A stretch of 20,000 nt of DNA from an uncultured virus (IMG/VR IMGVR_UViG_3300043466_003414). Lineage: Duplodnaviria; Heunggongvirae; Uroviricota; Caudoviricetes. Below, one piece after another: positions 7,529 through 16,519 of this stretch. The first letter of the stretch is position 1, and each line of letters begins with the position of its first letter. The notes under the pieces were generated by a model. It saw nothing but the letters and a program-made list of their open reading frames with translations, was not told where the DNA came from and made no database searches. A program made the translations under genes and the position numbers. The DNA lies in the IMG/VR virus record IMGVR_UViG_3300043466_003414; one strand, given 5' to 3'.

Positions 7529-8509
7529 TTAGTTTTTTTCGTAAATTTTAATTCCAAATAATTTGAAGTATTTAACTTCTTTTGGTTCTATTTTAGGTTT
7601 TATGCTCTTAAAGGATTTTTTTTGTTCCAAAACTTCAATTTCAATTTCTTGCTCCTTTATAACTTTTTTTGCTTCGTCAAGACTTTTTTGTGCATCTTCA
7701 AATCTTTTCTTGTAGCTTTCGGCTGAAGCTTTTTCTGAATTTAATGAATTTTCATATCCTTGAATTTTATTTTCTTGTATCTTAATTATTTTTAACGATT
7801 GTTTTAAGTTTTCTTCCGTTTCAAAAATTCTTTTTTTGTAGCTTTTATTTGCAGTTTGTTGTCGAGTTAAAGCTTCTCTTTCTTTTTTCAGTTCCTCTTG
7901 TAATTGCTTATACTTTATATTAAGCGATTGTAAATCTTGAGCATAAGAATTTGGAAACAATTCTTCAAGCGTAGGCTCTCTATGTTGAATTTTTAATTTT
8001 GAATTTTCTACTGATTTTTTTTCTGATAAAATTTCACTTGCTCTTTTTATCGCATCTTGCCAATTTTCATCTTTTTCTCTTATTTCTTTAGCTAAAGTCA
8101 TTGCTGTATTTCTAGGTTTAAAAAGACCTTCGTTAAAATGAAAAAAAGGATGGTCAAAATTTTCTATCAATTCTTCCGAAGTTGAAATAGCATCTTGTTT
8201 TTTTTGCCTTTGCATTATTTCTTCTCTTGATTTTATAGCATTATTGTATAAAAAATCAAATATATGATAGTTTAAATTTCTTCGGAAATTCCATTTGTAA
8301 AACTTTTTTTTACCTTCTTTTTTGGCAATTTTAATGTAATCTTTAGATACTAAATTTTCAAATATCTTATAATTATATATCGATGAATATTTTTTGCTTA
8401 TTTCAAAAGTTGCCATTTGATTTTCTATCAAATCATCTCTCATTTTTCTTAAATCACTAATCATTCTTTTTTTAGTGAAAACCGTTCTTTTTTTTCTAGT
8501 GTTTTCCAT
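7529..8509 (-). CDS. Hypothetical protein with basic N-terminal domain and long coiled coil
   Basis: ATG at 8509 (MENTRKK) lies downstream of the conserved promoter/leader; heptad-rich C-terminal half. Confidence 0.75.
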   Translation of the reverse strand: MENTRKKRTVFTKKRMISDLRKMRDDLIENQMATFEISKKYSSIYNYKIFENLVSKDYIKIAKKEGKKKFYKWNFRRNLNYHIFDFLYNNAIKSREEIMQRQKKQDAISTSEELIENFDHPFFHFNEGLFKPRNTAMTLAKEIREKDENWQDAIKRASEILSEKKSVENSKLKIQHREPTLEELFPNSYAQDLQSLNIKYKQLQEELKKEREALTRQQTANKSYKKRIFETEENLKQSLKIIKIQENKIQGYENSLNSEKASAESYKKRFEDAQKSLDEAKKVIKEQEIEIEVLEQKKSFKSIKPKIEPKEVKYFKLFGIKIYEKN

Positions 8510-8520
8510 TTCTAATAAAG

Positions 8521-8578
8521 TTTTAAAGTTCAAGTTTCAAAAATACAAAATATTATTTTAAATACAAAATATTATTTT
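8521..8578 (-). promoter_or_regulatory. Conserved phage promoter with tandem palindromic operator (copy 1)
   Basis: TTTG(8568-8565)-N19-TATTTTTG(8545-8538); AAAATATTATTTT at 8547-8559 and 8566-8578; leader TGAACTTTAAAA at 8532-8521. Confidence 0.8.
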
Positions 8579-8602
8579 AGATATAATTTATTATTTTTAA
8601 TA

Positions 8603-9280
8603 TTAATCAATTCCTTGCTCCCTATTATCAGATAAACTCATTACATGATATGTAGGTGGGTGGTTTGTTGCTTTAGCGTTTATTCCAAATTTAGCCATTG
8701 CTTCTATTAATGCCCAATCGTGTCCATAGTGTTCGTTATGGGTCGGCATTGTTTTTAAAAACTCGGTTCTAATGATTAATTCGCTATGTCCAATCATTCC
8801 ATATTGAAGTTGTGCTATTCTATTTGCTCGTCTAGGTGCTACATAACTATCGAAATACATAAAGTCATAATTAGTATTTTCAATAGCCGACAAATAGTTT
8901 TCAAAATGGTTTGGCAAAATAATATCATCGTTAGCAAAAAAAGTAAAGTATTTACCTCTAGCAATTCTAATGTTTTCATTGGTTATAAAGTAACCATGAC
9001 CCCCTTGATTAATCTTGTTGTTCGTTATAATAAGTTGGTTTCCTTTTGCTTCGCAATCCTTTACAATATCAGCAAAATAATTGCTATCTATGAAGTCTTG
9101 CATAATAGGACAACCATCTCCAGTAACAAGTGCTTCCCAATCGTTTGCCGTTTGGTTTGCAATACATTCAATTGCTCTTATAGTACCTTTTCTTCTACCG
9201 AAACAAGGCATTGAAACAGTCAACCTAAATTCGGTTGAAAAGTAATCGTGGTTAGTGCATGGATTCTTCATGTCTTTCAA
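8603..9280 (-). CDS. Glycosyltransferase, GT2 (GT-A fold)
   Basis: LTVSMPCFGR, ANQT..WEALVTGDG, ARGKYFTFFANDD (DxD-like), HDW motif. Confidence 0.85.
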   Translation of the reverse strand: MKDMKNPCTNHDYFSTEFRLTVSMPCFGRRKGTIRAIECIANQTANDWEALVTGDGCPIMQDFIDSNYFADIVKDCEAKGNQLIITNNKINQGGHGYFITNENIRIARGKYFTFFANDDIILPNHFENYLSAIENTNYDFMYFDSYVAPRRANRIAQLQYGMIGHSELIIRTEFLKTMPTHNEHYGHDWALIEAMAKFGINAKATNHPPTYHVMSLSDNREQGID

Positions 9281-9965
9281 TCATTTTTTCAAATTCAGCA
9301 CAAATATCCAAAACCATTTCGTAACTCCATTTTTGTTTTTGGTAGTCGTTTTCCTTTATATATTTAGCTGGGTTTCCAACATACGTTCCAAAGCATTGCA
9401 CGTTTACTTTTTTAGTAACAATAGAACCCATACCTATCATTGCATAAGAGCCTATTTTAGAGTATTGGTGGCAAATACTACCTAATCCCATATTTACTCC
9501 AACTCCAAGCAAGGAATGACCCCCAATAAGCACATTGCAACTAATCGTGCAATCGTTATTAATTTCGCTATCGTGTCCAATATGCGAACCCCTTAACATA
9601 GTTATATTATCGCCTAATTGAGTTGGCACAAAACAACCAGCATTAATCGTTACATATTCTCTAAAAACATTATTGTTTCCAATATAAGTTCCTTTATTTT
9701 TTTTGCCGAAAAAATCTTTATGTTCTGGCTCGTTTCCTATTGAACAAAAAGGCTCAAACACATTATTGTCGCCAATCCATGTTTTACCTTGAATTACTAC
9801 ATAAGCACCAATTTTGTTGCCTTTTCCAAGTCTAACATTTTTTCCGATTATTGCGGTTGGGTGGATATGATTATCTCTTACCATTTGCATAAATCTTTTA
9901 GTAGGTTGAGTAGCTGTATCGGTAGTGTAGTATTGTTTTTGAAATGGTGTTAAATCGCTCATCAT
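9252..9965 (-). CDS. LpxA-like hexapeptide-repeat (left-handed beta-helix) acyltransferase
   Basis: IHPTAII start, hexapeptide repeats, REYVTINAG, HIGHD, CHQY and GNPAK motifs as in UDP-GlcNAc acyltransferases; the C-terminal helical domain is short. Confidence 0.85.
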   Translation of the reverse strand: MMSDLTPFQKQYYTTDTATQPTKRFMQMVRDNHIHPTAIIGKNVRLGKGNKIGAYVVIQGKTWIGDNNVFEPFCSIGNEPEHKDFFGKKNKGTYIGNNNVFREYVTINAGCFVPTQLGDNITMLRGSHIGHDSEINNDCTISCNVLIGGHSLLGVGVNMGLGSICHQYSKIGSYAMIGMGSIVTKKVNVQCFGTYVGNPAKYIKENDYQKQKWSYEMVLDICAEFEKMIERHEESMH

Positions 9966-10210
9966 CTATAAGTTTTTGGTGTTATTTGACAATGAAAACC
10001 TTTTTTACAATCCAAAACATCGTATGGGTTAATCCCACTCCAAAATAACTCGAATTTAAAAACTTCTTTCTCTTTATACTTAAATAAGTAGTAACCACTT
10101 AATATTGACATATATTCAATCCAAGTATAACCTCTTACTACATGGATTCTTTCTGGTGCTGGTTTTAGTTCGTCTAAATCTTCAGCTTTTTTAGATTTTT
10201 TAGTTAGCAT
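9962..10210 (-). CDS. Hypothetical protein
   Basis: 82-aa ORF tightly coupled to its neighbours (ATGA overlap). Confidence 0.7.
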   Translation of the reverse strand: MLTKKSKKAEDLDELKPAPERIHVVRGYTWIEYMSILSGYYLFKYKEKEVFKFELFWSGINPYDVLDCKKGFHCQITPKTYR

Positions 10211-10211
10211 T

Positions 10212-10850
10212 TTATTTGTTGAATTTAGTTAAATATTTTTCTTCGGTAGGTAAGCCACCCCACATTTGAATATACATTTGTTTGTTTTGCATAAACTTTT
10301 GATTCAAAGTTGGGTCTTTGGCAATAGTCATTGAATTACGATAAACAATAGGGTCTAAAAATGAAGTCCATGTTTTCTTTGCTCCAACTAAAGTCATTTT
10401 ATAGTCAAAGCTATTATCTTCAAAATATGCTGGGAAAAACTCCTCGTCAAACATTCCTGCTTTTTTCCAAATATCTACTCTCAAAATGTAACTACACCAA
10501 TTGTGAAATGAATTTATGAAGTCGGCATCTAAATTGTTTTTTATTAGCATATACAAATCGGTTTCGTTTTTGCCTAAATAAATATCGTCATTCAGAATTA
10601 GTACATGGGTTGCTCCTATCTTATCAGAATAGTCCATAAGCATATTCCAACTTTTTGCAACTCCTAAATTTTCTTGAGGTCTATAAATCATGAAGTTTTC
10701 TTCACGAGTAATAATATCTTGGTTTCCATTATCACAAATTGCAATATGAGTATTTTTAAAATCCTCAAAGTATTTTGTAAGTGCTTCATTGAGCAAATCT
10801 GCTCTATTGATAGTCGGTATTGCGACTACTAGTTTAATTTCTTTATCCAT
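10212..10850 (-). CDS. Glycosyltransferase, GT2 (GT-A fold)
   Basis: VAIPTINR, ICDNG, NLGVAKSWN, ILNDD, GMFDEEFFPAYFED motifs. Confidence 0.9.
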   Translation of the reverse strand: MDKEIKLVVAIPTINRADLLNEALTKYFEDFKNTHIAICDNGNQDIITREENFMIYRPQENLGVAKSWNMLMDYSDKIGATHVLILNDDIYLGKNETDLYMLIKNNLDADFINSFHNWCSYILRVDIWKKAGMFDEEFFPAYFEDNSFDYKMTLVGAKKTWTSFLDPIVYRNSMTIAKDPTLNQKFMQNKQMYIQMWGGLPTEEKYLTKFNK

Positions 10851-10861
10851 TTTTTTTGATT

Positions 10862-11164
10862 TTACAATATTTCTCCAGTTTCTAAATCCACTATTAACTG
10901 CGGACTTTTCTTTTCGGTTATTCTAATCAAGTCTATCAAAGCTGTTGTAAAATATTTATCATTGTACTTTTTTGAGTATAAGTGATAGTTAATCTTTACT
11001 ACATCGCCAACTTCTAAATTGATTTGGTTTATAACTCTTTTTTGTTCGTTAGTTGCGGTAAAACAAATAGGAATATAAGCATTATCCCATTTTTTACGAA
11101 TAACAACTTGGGTAGCAAATTCATTGCTTTTAATAATACTTATTACTTTTCCACTTTCTACCAT
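10862..11164 (-). CDS. Putative OB-fold single-stranded DNA-binding protein (DUF3127-like)
   Basis: GKVI..QVVI..ICF..LEVGDVVKINYHLYSKKYNDKYFT pattern; acidic tail DLETGEIL. Confidence 0.55.
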   Translation of the reverse strand: MVESGKVISIIKSNEFATQVVIRKKWDNAYIPICFTATNEQKRVINQINLEVGDVVKINYHLYSKKYNDKYFTTALIDLIRITEKKSPQLIVDLETGEIL

Positions 11165-11174
11165 AATACAATAT

Positions 11175-11206
11175 AAATTATTATTTCAAATATAAAATAT
11201 TGTTTT
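11175..11206 (-). promoter_or_regulatory. Degenerate copy of the tandem operator with an overlapping TATATTTG -7 element (copy 2)
   Basis: aaattattatttc (11175-11187) and aaaatattgtttt (11194-11206) at 19-bp period; caaatata at 11187-11194. Confidence 0.55.
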
Positions 11207-12039
11207 TAATAATCAATCATTGAGTAAGTTATTTTTTCAATAATTTTACTAACATCAAATTCTTTTAGCCAAATGTTTACAACAAACTCTCTAGCGTATT
11301 TTTTTACCTTATCTTCTTCCTCAAAGTTTAAATCGGAAAGGGTTTTATAGCTATGGTGCTTAATGGTTGCTTCCATGTATTTTTTCTTTTTTTCATCAGA
11401 AAACCTTTTTTTACCATACTCTATTGCACTATCTGACATTTCTTTTGGAATCGACATTAATTTATTTTTTCTAATGAATCCGTAAATTATATCTCCAGCA
11501 TCAACGTAAGTTTCTGTTTTAGTGGTTTCTTTGGCATGAACAAGCAAGTCTTTGAAGTTTTTTAATCTTTCCTCTTTATTTATGACTTGTGGCTTTTCGT
11601 TTTCCATTTTTTGCAATTCCTCACGAACTCTAAAAAGGACTTTGAATTTGTAATCTTGATAAGCATGAAGCACTTTTGAACAATACATAACACTCAAGCT
11701 ACCATAAGCTTCGGCATCGGTTTCCAATCTACCATTTACCAATAGATTAATCATTTCGTTTAAATCTACATCGTTAAAGTTTGGAAAACTCTCTTTAATG
11801 TAATTTGCAATAGTATTTAGGTCTAATGCTTCTGGTTGTTTTGCACCAATGTATTTTGCCCATTTAGTTATTAAAGCGTTCATTAAAAGCAAGTCTTTTT
11901 CCGTAGAATATTCCTTGAATTTTTTGTTAACCAAACTTGCGTTATAAATACTAACTTGGCTTGTACTTACATTTCTTATTTGCTGTGGATTAATTACTTG
12001 TATTCCAACCGAGTTTTGTTGCTTCACTAACTTGTTCAT
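11206..12039 (-). CDS. Hypothetical protein downstream of the replication protein (possible helicase-loader position)
   Basis: 277-aa ORF overlapping the replication gene; function inferred from position only. Confidence 0.6.
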   Translation of the reverse strand: MNKLVKQQNSVGIQVINPQQIRNVSTSQVSIYNASLVNKKFKEYSTEKDLLLMNALITKWAKYIGAKQPEALDLNTIANYIKESFPNFNDVDLNEMINLLVNGRLETDAEAYGSLSVMYCSKVLHAYQDYKFKVLFRVREELQKMENEKPQVINKEERLKNFKDLLVHAKETTKTETYVDAGDIIYGFIRKNKLMSIPKEMSDSAIEYGKKRFSDEKKKKYMEATIKHHSYKTLSDLNFEEEDKVKKYAREFVVNIWLKEFDVSKIIEKITYSMIDY

Positions 12040-12625
12040 AAGATATTTCTTGTTTTGTTTTCTTTGACATTTGGTTTAAATAACTCTCAAATTTGTTTCC
12101 AAAAAGAGTTTCTGGTCGTAGGAATTTGTGAAAATCCGTTCCTATCCACTCGCTTGATTTTTTATCAATTACTTGGTAAAAATCTTCTATTTTATAACCT
12201 GCTTTTAGCCTTGCATTTATAAAACCTCTGTAAGAAGTTGTTTGCGATTTGTAACCAGTTCCAGCTTTTTGATTAAGGTAAGAAATTATACTTTCATAAA
12301 CTTCTTCCATGTTAATTTCGGCTTCGATTAATTTTGGTTCGCTTTTCGCTTTTTTCTCTGCTTTGGGTTTAACTTGTTTTATGGTTTCGGTTTTTAAAAT
12401 AGATAATTTTCCGTAATTAAGTTCAATAGGTGTGTGTTGGATTTTCTCGTTCCATAATTTCATTCCAAAAGATATAATTCGGTAATATTGGGATTTTGAT
12501 AAATCCAGCCTTCTATGTAGCTCTATCGTGTTGCTTTCCTCAAGTCTAAAAAGAATTGACATCCATACATCATGATAAATTTTACCTTTCTTTTGTAAGC
12601 CTTTTATAAAACTTATAAATTCCAT
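11990..12625 (-). CDS. Phage replication initiation-type protein with conserved phage C-terminal domain (Phg_2220_C-like)
   Basis: IISYLNQKAG..Y..FINARLKAGYKIEDFYQVIDKK..EW..KFLRPETLFGNKFESYLNQ signature; N-terminal HTH-like segment. Confidence 0.85.
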   Translation of the reverse strand: MEFISFIKGLQKKGKIYHDVWMSILFRLEESNTIELHRRLDLSKSQYYRIISFGMKLWNEKIQHTPIELNYGKLSILKTETIKQVKPKAEKKAKSEPKLIEAEINMEEVYESIISYLNQKAGTGYKSQTTSYRGFINARLKAGYKIEDFYQVIDKKSSEWIGTDFHKFLRPETLFGNKFESYLNQMSKKTKQEISYEQVSEATKLGWNTSN

Positions 12626-12626
12626 A

Positions 12627-12854
12627 CTAATCTACAATATCGTCAATTGGCACATCTAAAGCGTTTGCAATTAAAATTGCTGTATTGATATGATAATTAG
12701 TTCTTTTACCATTAATTATTTCATTCAAAATATACATGGAAACTTTATTACCATCGTTCTCCTTAATAATCAATTCGTATAATTCCTTTTGCGACATTCC
12801 ACGTTTAGCTAATATTTGGTATAGCTTTGTTACTTTCTTTTCTATTATTGGCAT
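12627..12854 (-). CDS. XRE/Cro-family HTH transcriptional regulator
   Basis: LAKRGMSQKELY..LNEIINGKR..TAILIANALDVPIDDIV pattern. Confidence 0.85.
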   Translation of the reverse strand: MPIIEKKVTKLYQILAKRGMSQKELYELIIKENDGNKVSMYILNEIINGKRTNYHINTAILIANALDVPIDDIVD

Positions 12855-12859
12855 AATTA

Positions 12860-13075
12860 TTAAATTTTAAAGGTGTCTAGTGCTTTTATGTAGTCGTTTG
12901 TTATTTTGGAGTTATTGTAAATTTCTAAAAACTTTTTTTCCCCATTAGCGACTAAAAAATCAGCTACTTTTACTTGTACTTGATGAAAGTTTAATTTGTT
13001 TTGGTGTTGAAAAAGATAATTGGTCATATCTTGCATAACATCAAATGTTAATGAAGTGATTTTCTTATAAGCCAT
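12860..13075 (-). CDS. Hypothetical protein
   Basis: ATG (MAYKKITS) near the upstream stop is preferred over the TTG at 13111. Confidence 0.6.
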   Translation of the reverse strand: MAYKKITSLTFDVMQDMTNYLFQHQNKLNFHQVQVKVADFLVANGEKKFLEIYNNSKITNDYIKALDTFKI

Positions 13076-13460
13076 TTTTGTAGTATTTATAAGTTTTGGT
13101 TGATTTGTCAAAAGAAATTTTCATACCTCTTTTATATCTTAAAAAATAAACCTTTTTAGCATAAAATTGTTTCTCTTTTCTTGACATTTCACTTACCTCT
13201 AAAACCCCATTATTGATTAAATAATGACGAAGTTGTGTAGAAGTCATTCTTGGATTAATAACTAAATCTTTTTTTGGTGTTTCTGGATTACAAAATTCTA
13301 ATCTACTTACAACCTTTTCGTGAATTACCTTAATTTCGGCTACTGACTTTTGCATTTCTGCAATTTGTTTGGATTCTTGCTTTACAAGTTCTTCGGTTTT
13401 TTTAAAATCTGGTGTTCCATACCCAAACAACCATTTAAAAAAGTTAAAAATTCTTTTCAT
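13065..13460 (-). CDS. Hypothetical protein
   Basis: ATG at 13460 (MKRIFNFF); the longer TTG start lies inside the promoter -7 element. Confidence 0.7.
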   Translation of the reverse strand: MKRIFNFFKWLFGYGTPDFKKTEELVKQESKQIAEMQKSVAEIKVIHEKVVSRLEFCNPETPKKDLVINPRMTSTQLRHYLINNGVLEVSEMSRKEKQFYAKKVYFLRYKRGMKISFDKSTKTYKYYKNGL

Positions 13461-13484
13461 TTTTTTATTTGTTAAAGTTATCTT

Positions 13485-13525
13485 CAAAAGTATTAATTAT
13501 TATTTTAAATACAAAATATTGTTTT
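13485..13525 (-). promoter_or_regulatory. Conserved phage promoter with tandem operator (copy 3)
   Basis: TTTG(13515-13512)-N19-TACTTTTG(13492-13485); boxes at 13494-13506 and 13513-13525. Confidence 0.8.
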
Positions 13526-13537
13526 TAATAATTTATA

Positions 13538-14491
13538 TTATTTTAGCGATTTTAAAGTGTTTTCGATTATCTTTCGTAATTGGTCTGGAATAATAAAGTT
13601 TAAAGCGGTTTCTAAAGCTATCTTCATGTCAGTATGCTCTTGCTTTACAACTTCTATGCTTTTTACATGTTCAACATTGCTTTTAGCAATAGCTTCAAAC
13701 TCTAAAGATTTTTTTGTTAAAACTGTAACTTTTTTTTCTGCATTATCAACCTTTTTTTGCAACTCGGCATTTTGTTTTGCCAATAATTCCTTTTGCTCAT
13801 CATCTTTTTTCTTGCGTTCAACTAGCCTATCGAATATTTCTTGGAATTGTTCTTCAGTAGTGTCTAAATACAAAACATCTTCTTCGTTTTTTACGAAAAA
13901 AGAATAAGGTGCTAATTGTATTTTTCTTTGTGAATATACCTTGTTTATTCTTTCCTTTTCTTCTTGCTCAAGTCTAATTTTTTCTTGTGCTTTCTCAAAA
14001 TTTTCAAGACTAACTTTTGCACCATTCAAAATGGTGTTGAAAGCAACATCGGACATAGTGCTTAAATCAAATTGAGTTAAATCTAAAAAATGCAAATAAG
14101 GGTTTAGTAATTCTAATCTTTCTGCTTTTAGTTTTGATTTTCGTAACTGCTCTTTAATTTCGGTGTGTTTTTCTTGTAACTCCAAATGTTCCTCTGCTGG
14201 CTCAATTATAGCAAATAACCTTTTAGCAAGGCTATCTATAAATCGACCTTCCAGTAAAGATTGTTCTTTAAGGCGTTTGCGTGTTTTTTCTATTTCAACT
14301 CGCTTTGCTTTGAGTAATAACCTACCCTCTCTAGCTTGTTGCATTAAATCTAGTTGACTATCGTCAGTAACTACAATTTCGTATGCTTTTTTGTTCCACT
14401 CGTTAGCAATATCTTCGTATTCTTTGAATTTGCTATCAATTGATAATACTACTTCTCTTGGTAGTCCGTTTTCTAATTCTTGTGTGTTCAT
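13538..14491 (-). CDS. Phage coiled-coil protein
   Basis: 317-aa helical, charged protein; AREGRLLLKAKRVEIEKTRKRLKE..GRFID segment typical of phage recombination-region coiled-coil proteins. Confidence 0.7.
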   Translation of the reverse strand: MNTQELENGLPREVVLSIDSKFKEYEDIANEWNKKAYEIVVTDDSQLDLMQQAREGRLLLKAKRVEIEKTRKRLKEQSLLEGRFIDSLAKRLFAIIEPAEEHLELQEKHTEIKEQLRKSKLKAERLELLNPYLHFLDLTQFDLSTMSDVAFNTILNGAKVSLENFEKAQEKIRLEQEEKERINKVYSQRKIQLAPYSFFVKNEEDVLYLDTTEEQFQEIFDRLVERKKKDDEQKELLAKQNAELQKKVDNAEKKVTVLTKKSLEFEAIAKSNVEHVKSIEVVKQEHTDMKIALETALNFIIPDQLRKIIENTLKSLK

Positions 14492-14493
14492 AA

Positions 14494-14649
14494 TTAATTA
14501 ATTTCTTGAATGTATCTAATTTTTAAGTTTGGAGCGAATATTCTAAAGTTTTTATAAGCATCGTCAAAATTGTTTGCTTCAATTTCTTTTTCAAAATCTT
14601 CCCATTGGTCATTTTGATATTTCCAATAGCCTACTAACCATTTTTTCAT
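14494..14649 (-). CDS. 51-aa hypothetical protein MKKWLVGYWKYQNDQWEDFEKEIEANNFDDAYKNFRIFAPNLKIRYIQEIN (not in the ORF track)
   Basis: Fills the gap exactly; ATG overlaps the exonuclease stop (TAATG). Confidence 0.8.
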   Translation of the reverse strand: MKKWLVGYWKYQNDQWEDFEKEIEANNFDDAYKNFRIFAPNLKIRYIQEIN

Positions 14650-15389
14650 TACGTTAATGATTTTAAATATTCTCTAATTTTTGTTTTTGTTTCGTTGGAA
14701 AATGTGTTTTGTTGTAGTACCCAATCAACGTACTTCATGTCATTTTGAATTGGTTTATTAACGTTTTTACCAAAAGTCCAACAAACGTTTCCGTTTTCGT
14801 CTAAATACAACTTATTGCATAAATCATATCGTTTTTTCAATCGGTAGAAATCTTCCATTTGCTCTGGAGTAATTTCTTCTTTACCATCGTATTGGTGGAA
14901 CAATATTTCAAGTGTTGCATTTACATCGGCTAGGGCGGAGTGGGCATCTTCTAGTTCCTTTCCAGTATATCTTTTATAAACATCTGAAAGCTTACTTGGT
15001 CGGAGTAGTTTTTCTATTCTATAAACATCAACAGTATTTAGTTCCCAATCGCCAAAAACAATATTGCATCTTGAAAATTCTTGAACCAACAATGGTATGT
15101 CAAAGTTGTCGGAATTAAAACCAGCTATGTCGCAACCATAAAAGAAAGCATATAATGATTTTGATAATTCAATGAATCTAGGTTTATCTTGTACTTTGTC
15201 ATCCGTAATACCATGAACATCGCTTGCTTCTTTTGGTATTGGTATTGTTGGGTTTATAAGTGAATGTTTTTCGGTCTTTGTTCCATCAACATCAATTTTA
15301 ATACAAGCAATTTCGACTATCCTATCGGTAGAAACATCAACTCCAGTTGTTTCCAAATCGAAAAAAATAATTGGTCTTTTTAGTATCAT
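14649..15389 (-). CDS. DEDDh 3'-5' exonuclease (DNA polymerase III epsilon-like)
   Basis: ExoI FFDLETTG, VHGIT, ExoII GFNSDNFD, ExoIII AHSALAD; C-terminal FGK..YVDW subdomain. Confidence 0.93.
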   Translation of the reverse strand: MILKRPIIFFDLETTGVDVSTDRIVEIACIKIDVDGTKTEKHSLINPTIPIPKEASDVHGITDDKVQDKPRFIELSKSLYAFFYGCDIAGFNSDNFDIPLLVQEFSRCNIVFGDWELNTVDVYRIEKLLRPSKLSDVYKRYTGKELEDAHSALADVNATLEILFHQYDGKEEITPEQMEDFYRLKKRYDLCNKLYLDENGNVCWTFGKNVNKPIQNDMKYVDWVLQQNTFSNETKTKIREYLKSLT

Positions 15390-15390
15390 G

Positions 15391-15705
15391 TTATTTGTTT
15401 TTAGTGTTTAAAAAATATAGTTCTTGATTAATTCCTTCTCTTTTGGTTATTTGGTTTTTTTCTTGTAATTCTTGTAATGCTTTTTCTATTTCTTCAAAAG
15501 AAAACAAATTTCTTAATTGTATTACTGAAAGTCCATTGCTACCATTTGTTTGTTTATGGTTTAGCTTTACTTTACTTAACAGCTTTCTTTTTAAGAAGTA
15601 ATTGCTTAAATCTTCCTCTGGAACATTATTTAAAAGCTTAATGTAGAAATCTTGTTCGGTTGAAGCTATTACTTCTCCATCGGTAGTTATAATTTCTGCT
15701 ATCAT
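15391..15705 (-). CDS. Hypothetical protein, possible C-terminal winged helix
   Basis: 104-aa ORF coupled to its neighbours; helix-helix followed by ITKREGINQELYF hairpin. Confidence 0.65.
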   Translation of the reverse strand: MIAEIITTDGEVIASTEQDFYIKLLNNVPEEDLSNYFLKRKLLSKVKLNHKQTNGSNGLSVIQLRNLFSFEEIEKALQELQEKNQITKREGINQELYFLNTKNK

Positions 15706-15797
15706 ACGTTTAAAATAATAGCTACTAAAATTCTACCCAAAAAGTAACAAGCTACCGCAATAATAATTGCATTATAGATTTTTTGTGATTTTTTCAT
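15702..15797 (-). CDS. 31-aa membrane peptide MKKSQKIYNAIIIAVACYFLGRILVAIILNV (not in the ORF track)
   Basis: First ORF after promoter copy 4; ATGA overlap with the next gene; hydrophobic. Confidence 0.7.
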   Translation of the reverse strand: MKKSQKIYNAIIIAVACYFLGRILVAIILNV

Positions 15798-15805
15798 GTT
15801 CTTGG

Positions 15806-15861
15806 TTTTAAAGTTCAAGTCAAAATTATAAAATATTATTTTAAATACAAAATATTATTAA
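15806..15861 (-). promoter_or_regulatory. Conserved phage promoter with tandem operator (copy 4)
   Basis: TTTG(15851-15848)-N19-TAATTTTG(15828-15821); boxes at 15830-15842 and 15849-15861; leader TGAACTTTAAAA at 15817-15806. Confidence 0.8.
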
Positions 15862-15873
15862 AGATATTTTATA

Positions 15874-16251
15874 TTATTTATAAAATTCTATGTTGTTTTC
15901 CTCATCGAATATTAATCTCAATACATTATCGTTATCAAATAGCTGTAAATAAAATTCTTCTGCGTTTTTTTGATTAATAACTTGAATACCTTGATATTCA
16001 AAACCACCATCGGTTTTGCCGTTTTCTAGCTCGCTTATTTGGTATAAAGTAAAAACTTTACCAGTAGCAAATTTGAAAACAATTTTTCTTTCTCCATCGG
16101 CATTAAAAACAACAACTACCGAAATTTCTTTTTCTTCTTCTTTTACTCCGTTTTTAGTGTTTATAAAAGAAGTGTAGTTTCTTACAAAAGTGTCTTGTGC
16201 AAAGCTTGTAAACGATACAAGAAACAACGCAATAAATAATAGTTTTTTCAT
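15874..16251 (-). CDS. Secreted beta-rich hypothetical protein
   Basis: Signal peptide MKKLLFIALFLVSFTSFA followed by Gln (Bacteroidota Q-rule). Confidence 0.8.
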   Translation of the reverse strand: MKKLLFIALFLVSFTSFAQDTFVRNYTSFINTKNGVKEEEKEISVVVVFNADGERKIVFKFATGKVFTLYQISELENGKTDGGFEYQGIQVINQKNAEEFYLQLFDNDNVLRLIFDEENNIEFYK

Positions 16252-16484
16252 AGATTAAATAATTTTAAGATTAATACACCTACTACCGAGCCACATCCAG
16301 CTCCTAGTGAATAAGTTAATTTTTGATTTAAAGTTGATATTGCAACTCTACTTACATTAAACGCCCAAAGAAGGCTAATTAAGAAACTAACTACAAAAAT
16401 ACCTATAAGATAACCTTTTGTAATTAATATTGTGCTTACAGCCACCAAACCGACTTGAAAGAACGATTGTAAAAATATTCTCAT
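16248..16484 (-). CDS. Small integral membrane protein (about 3 TM helices)
   Basis: 78 aa with three hydrophobic stretches; ATGA overlap. Confidence 0.75.
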   Translation of the reverse strand: MRIFLQSFFQVGLVAVSTILITKGYLIGIFVVSFLISLLWAFNVSRVAISTLNQKLTYSLGAGCGSVVGVLILKLFNL

Positions 16485-16519
16485 GATTAATTGTTTGTTA
16501 TTTTTTATAAAATTTTACT

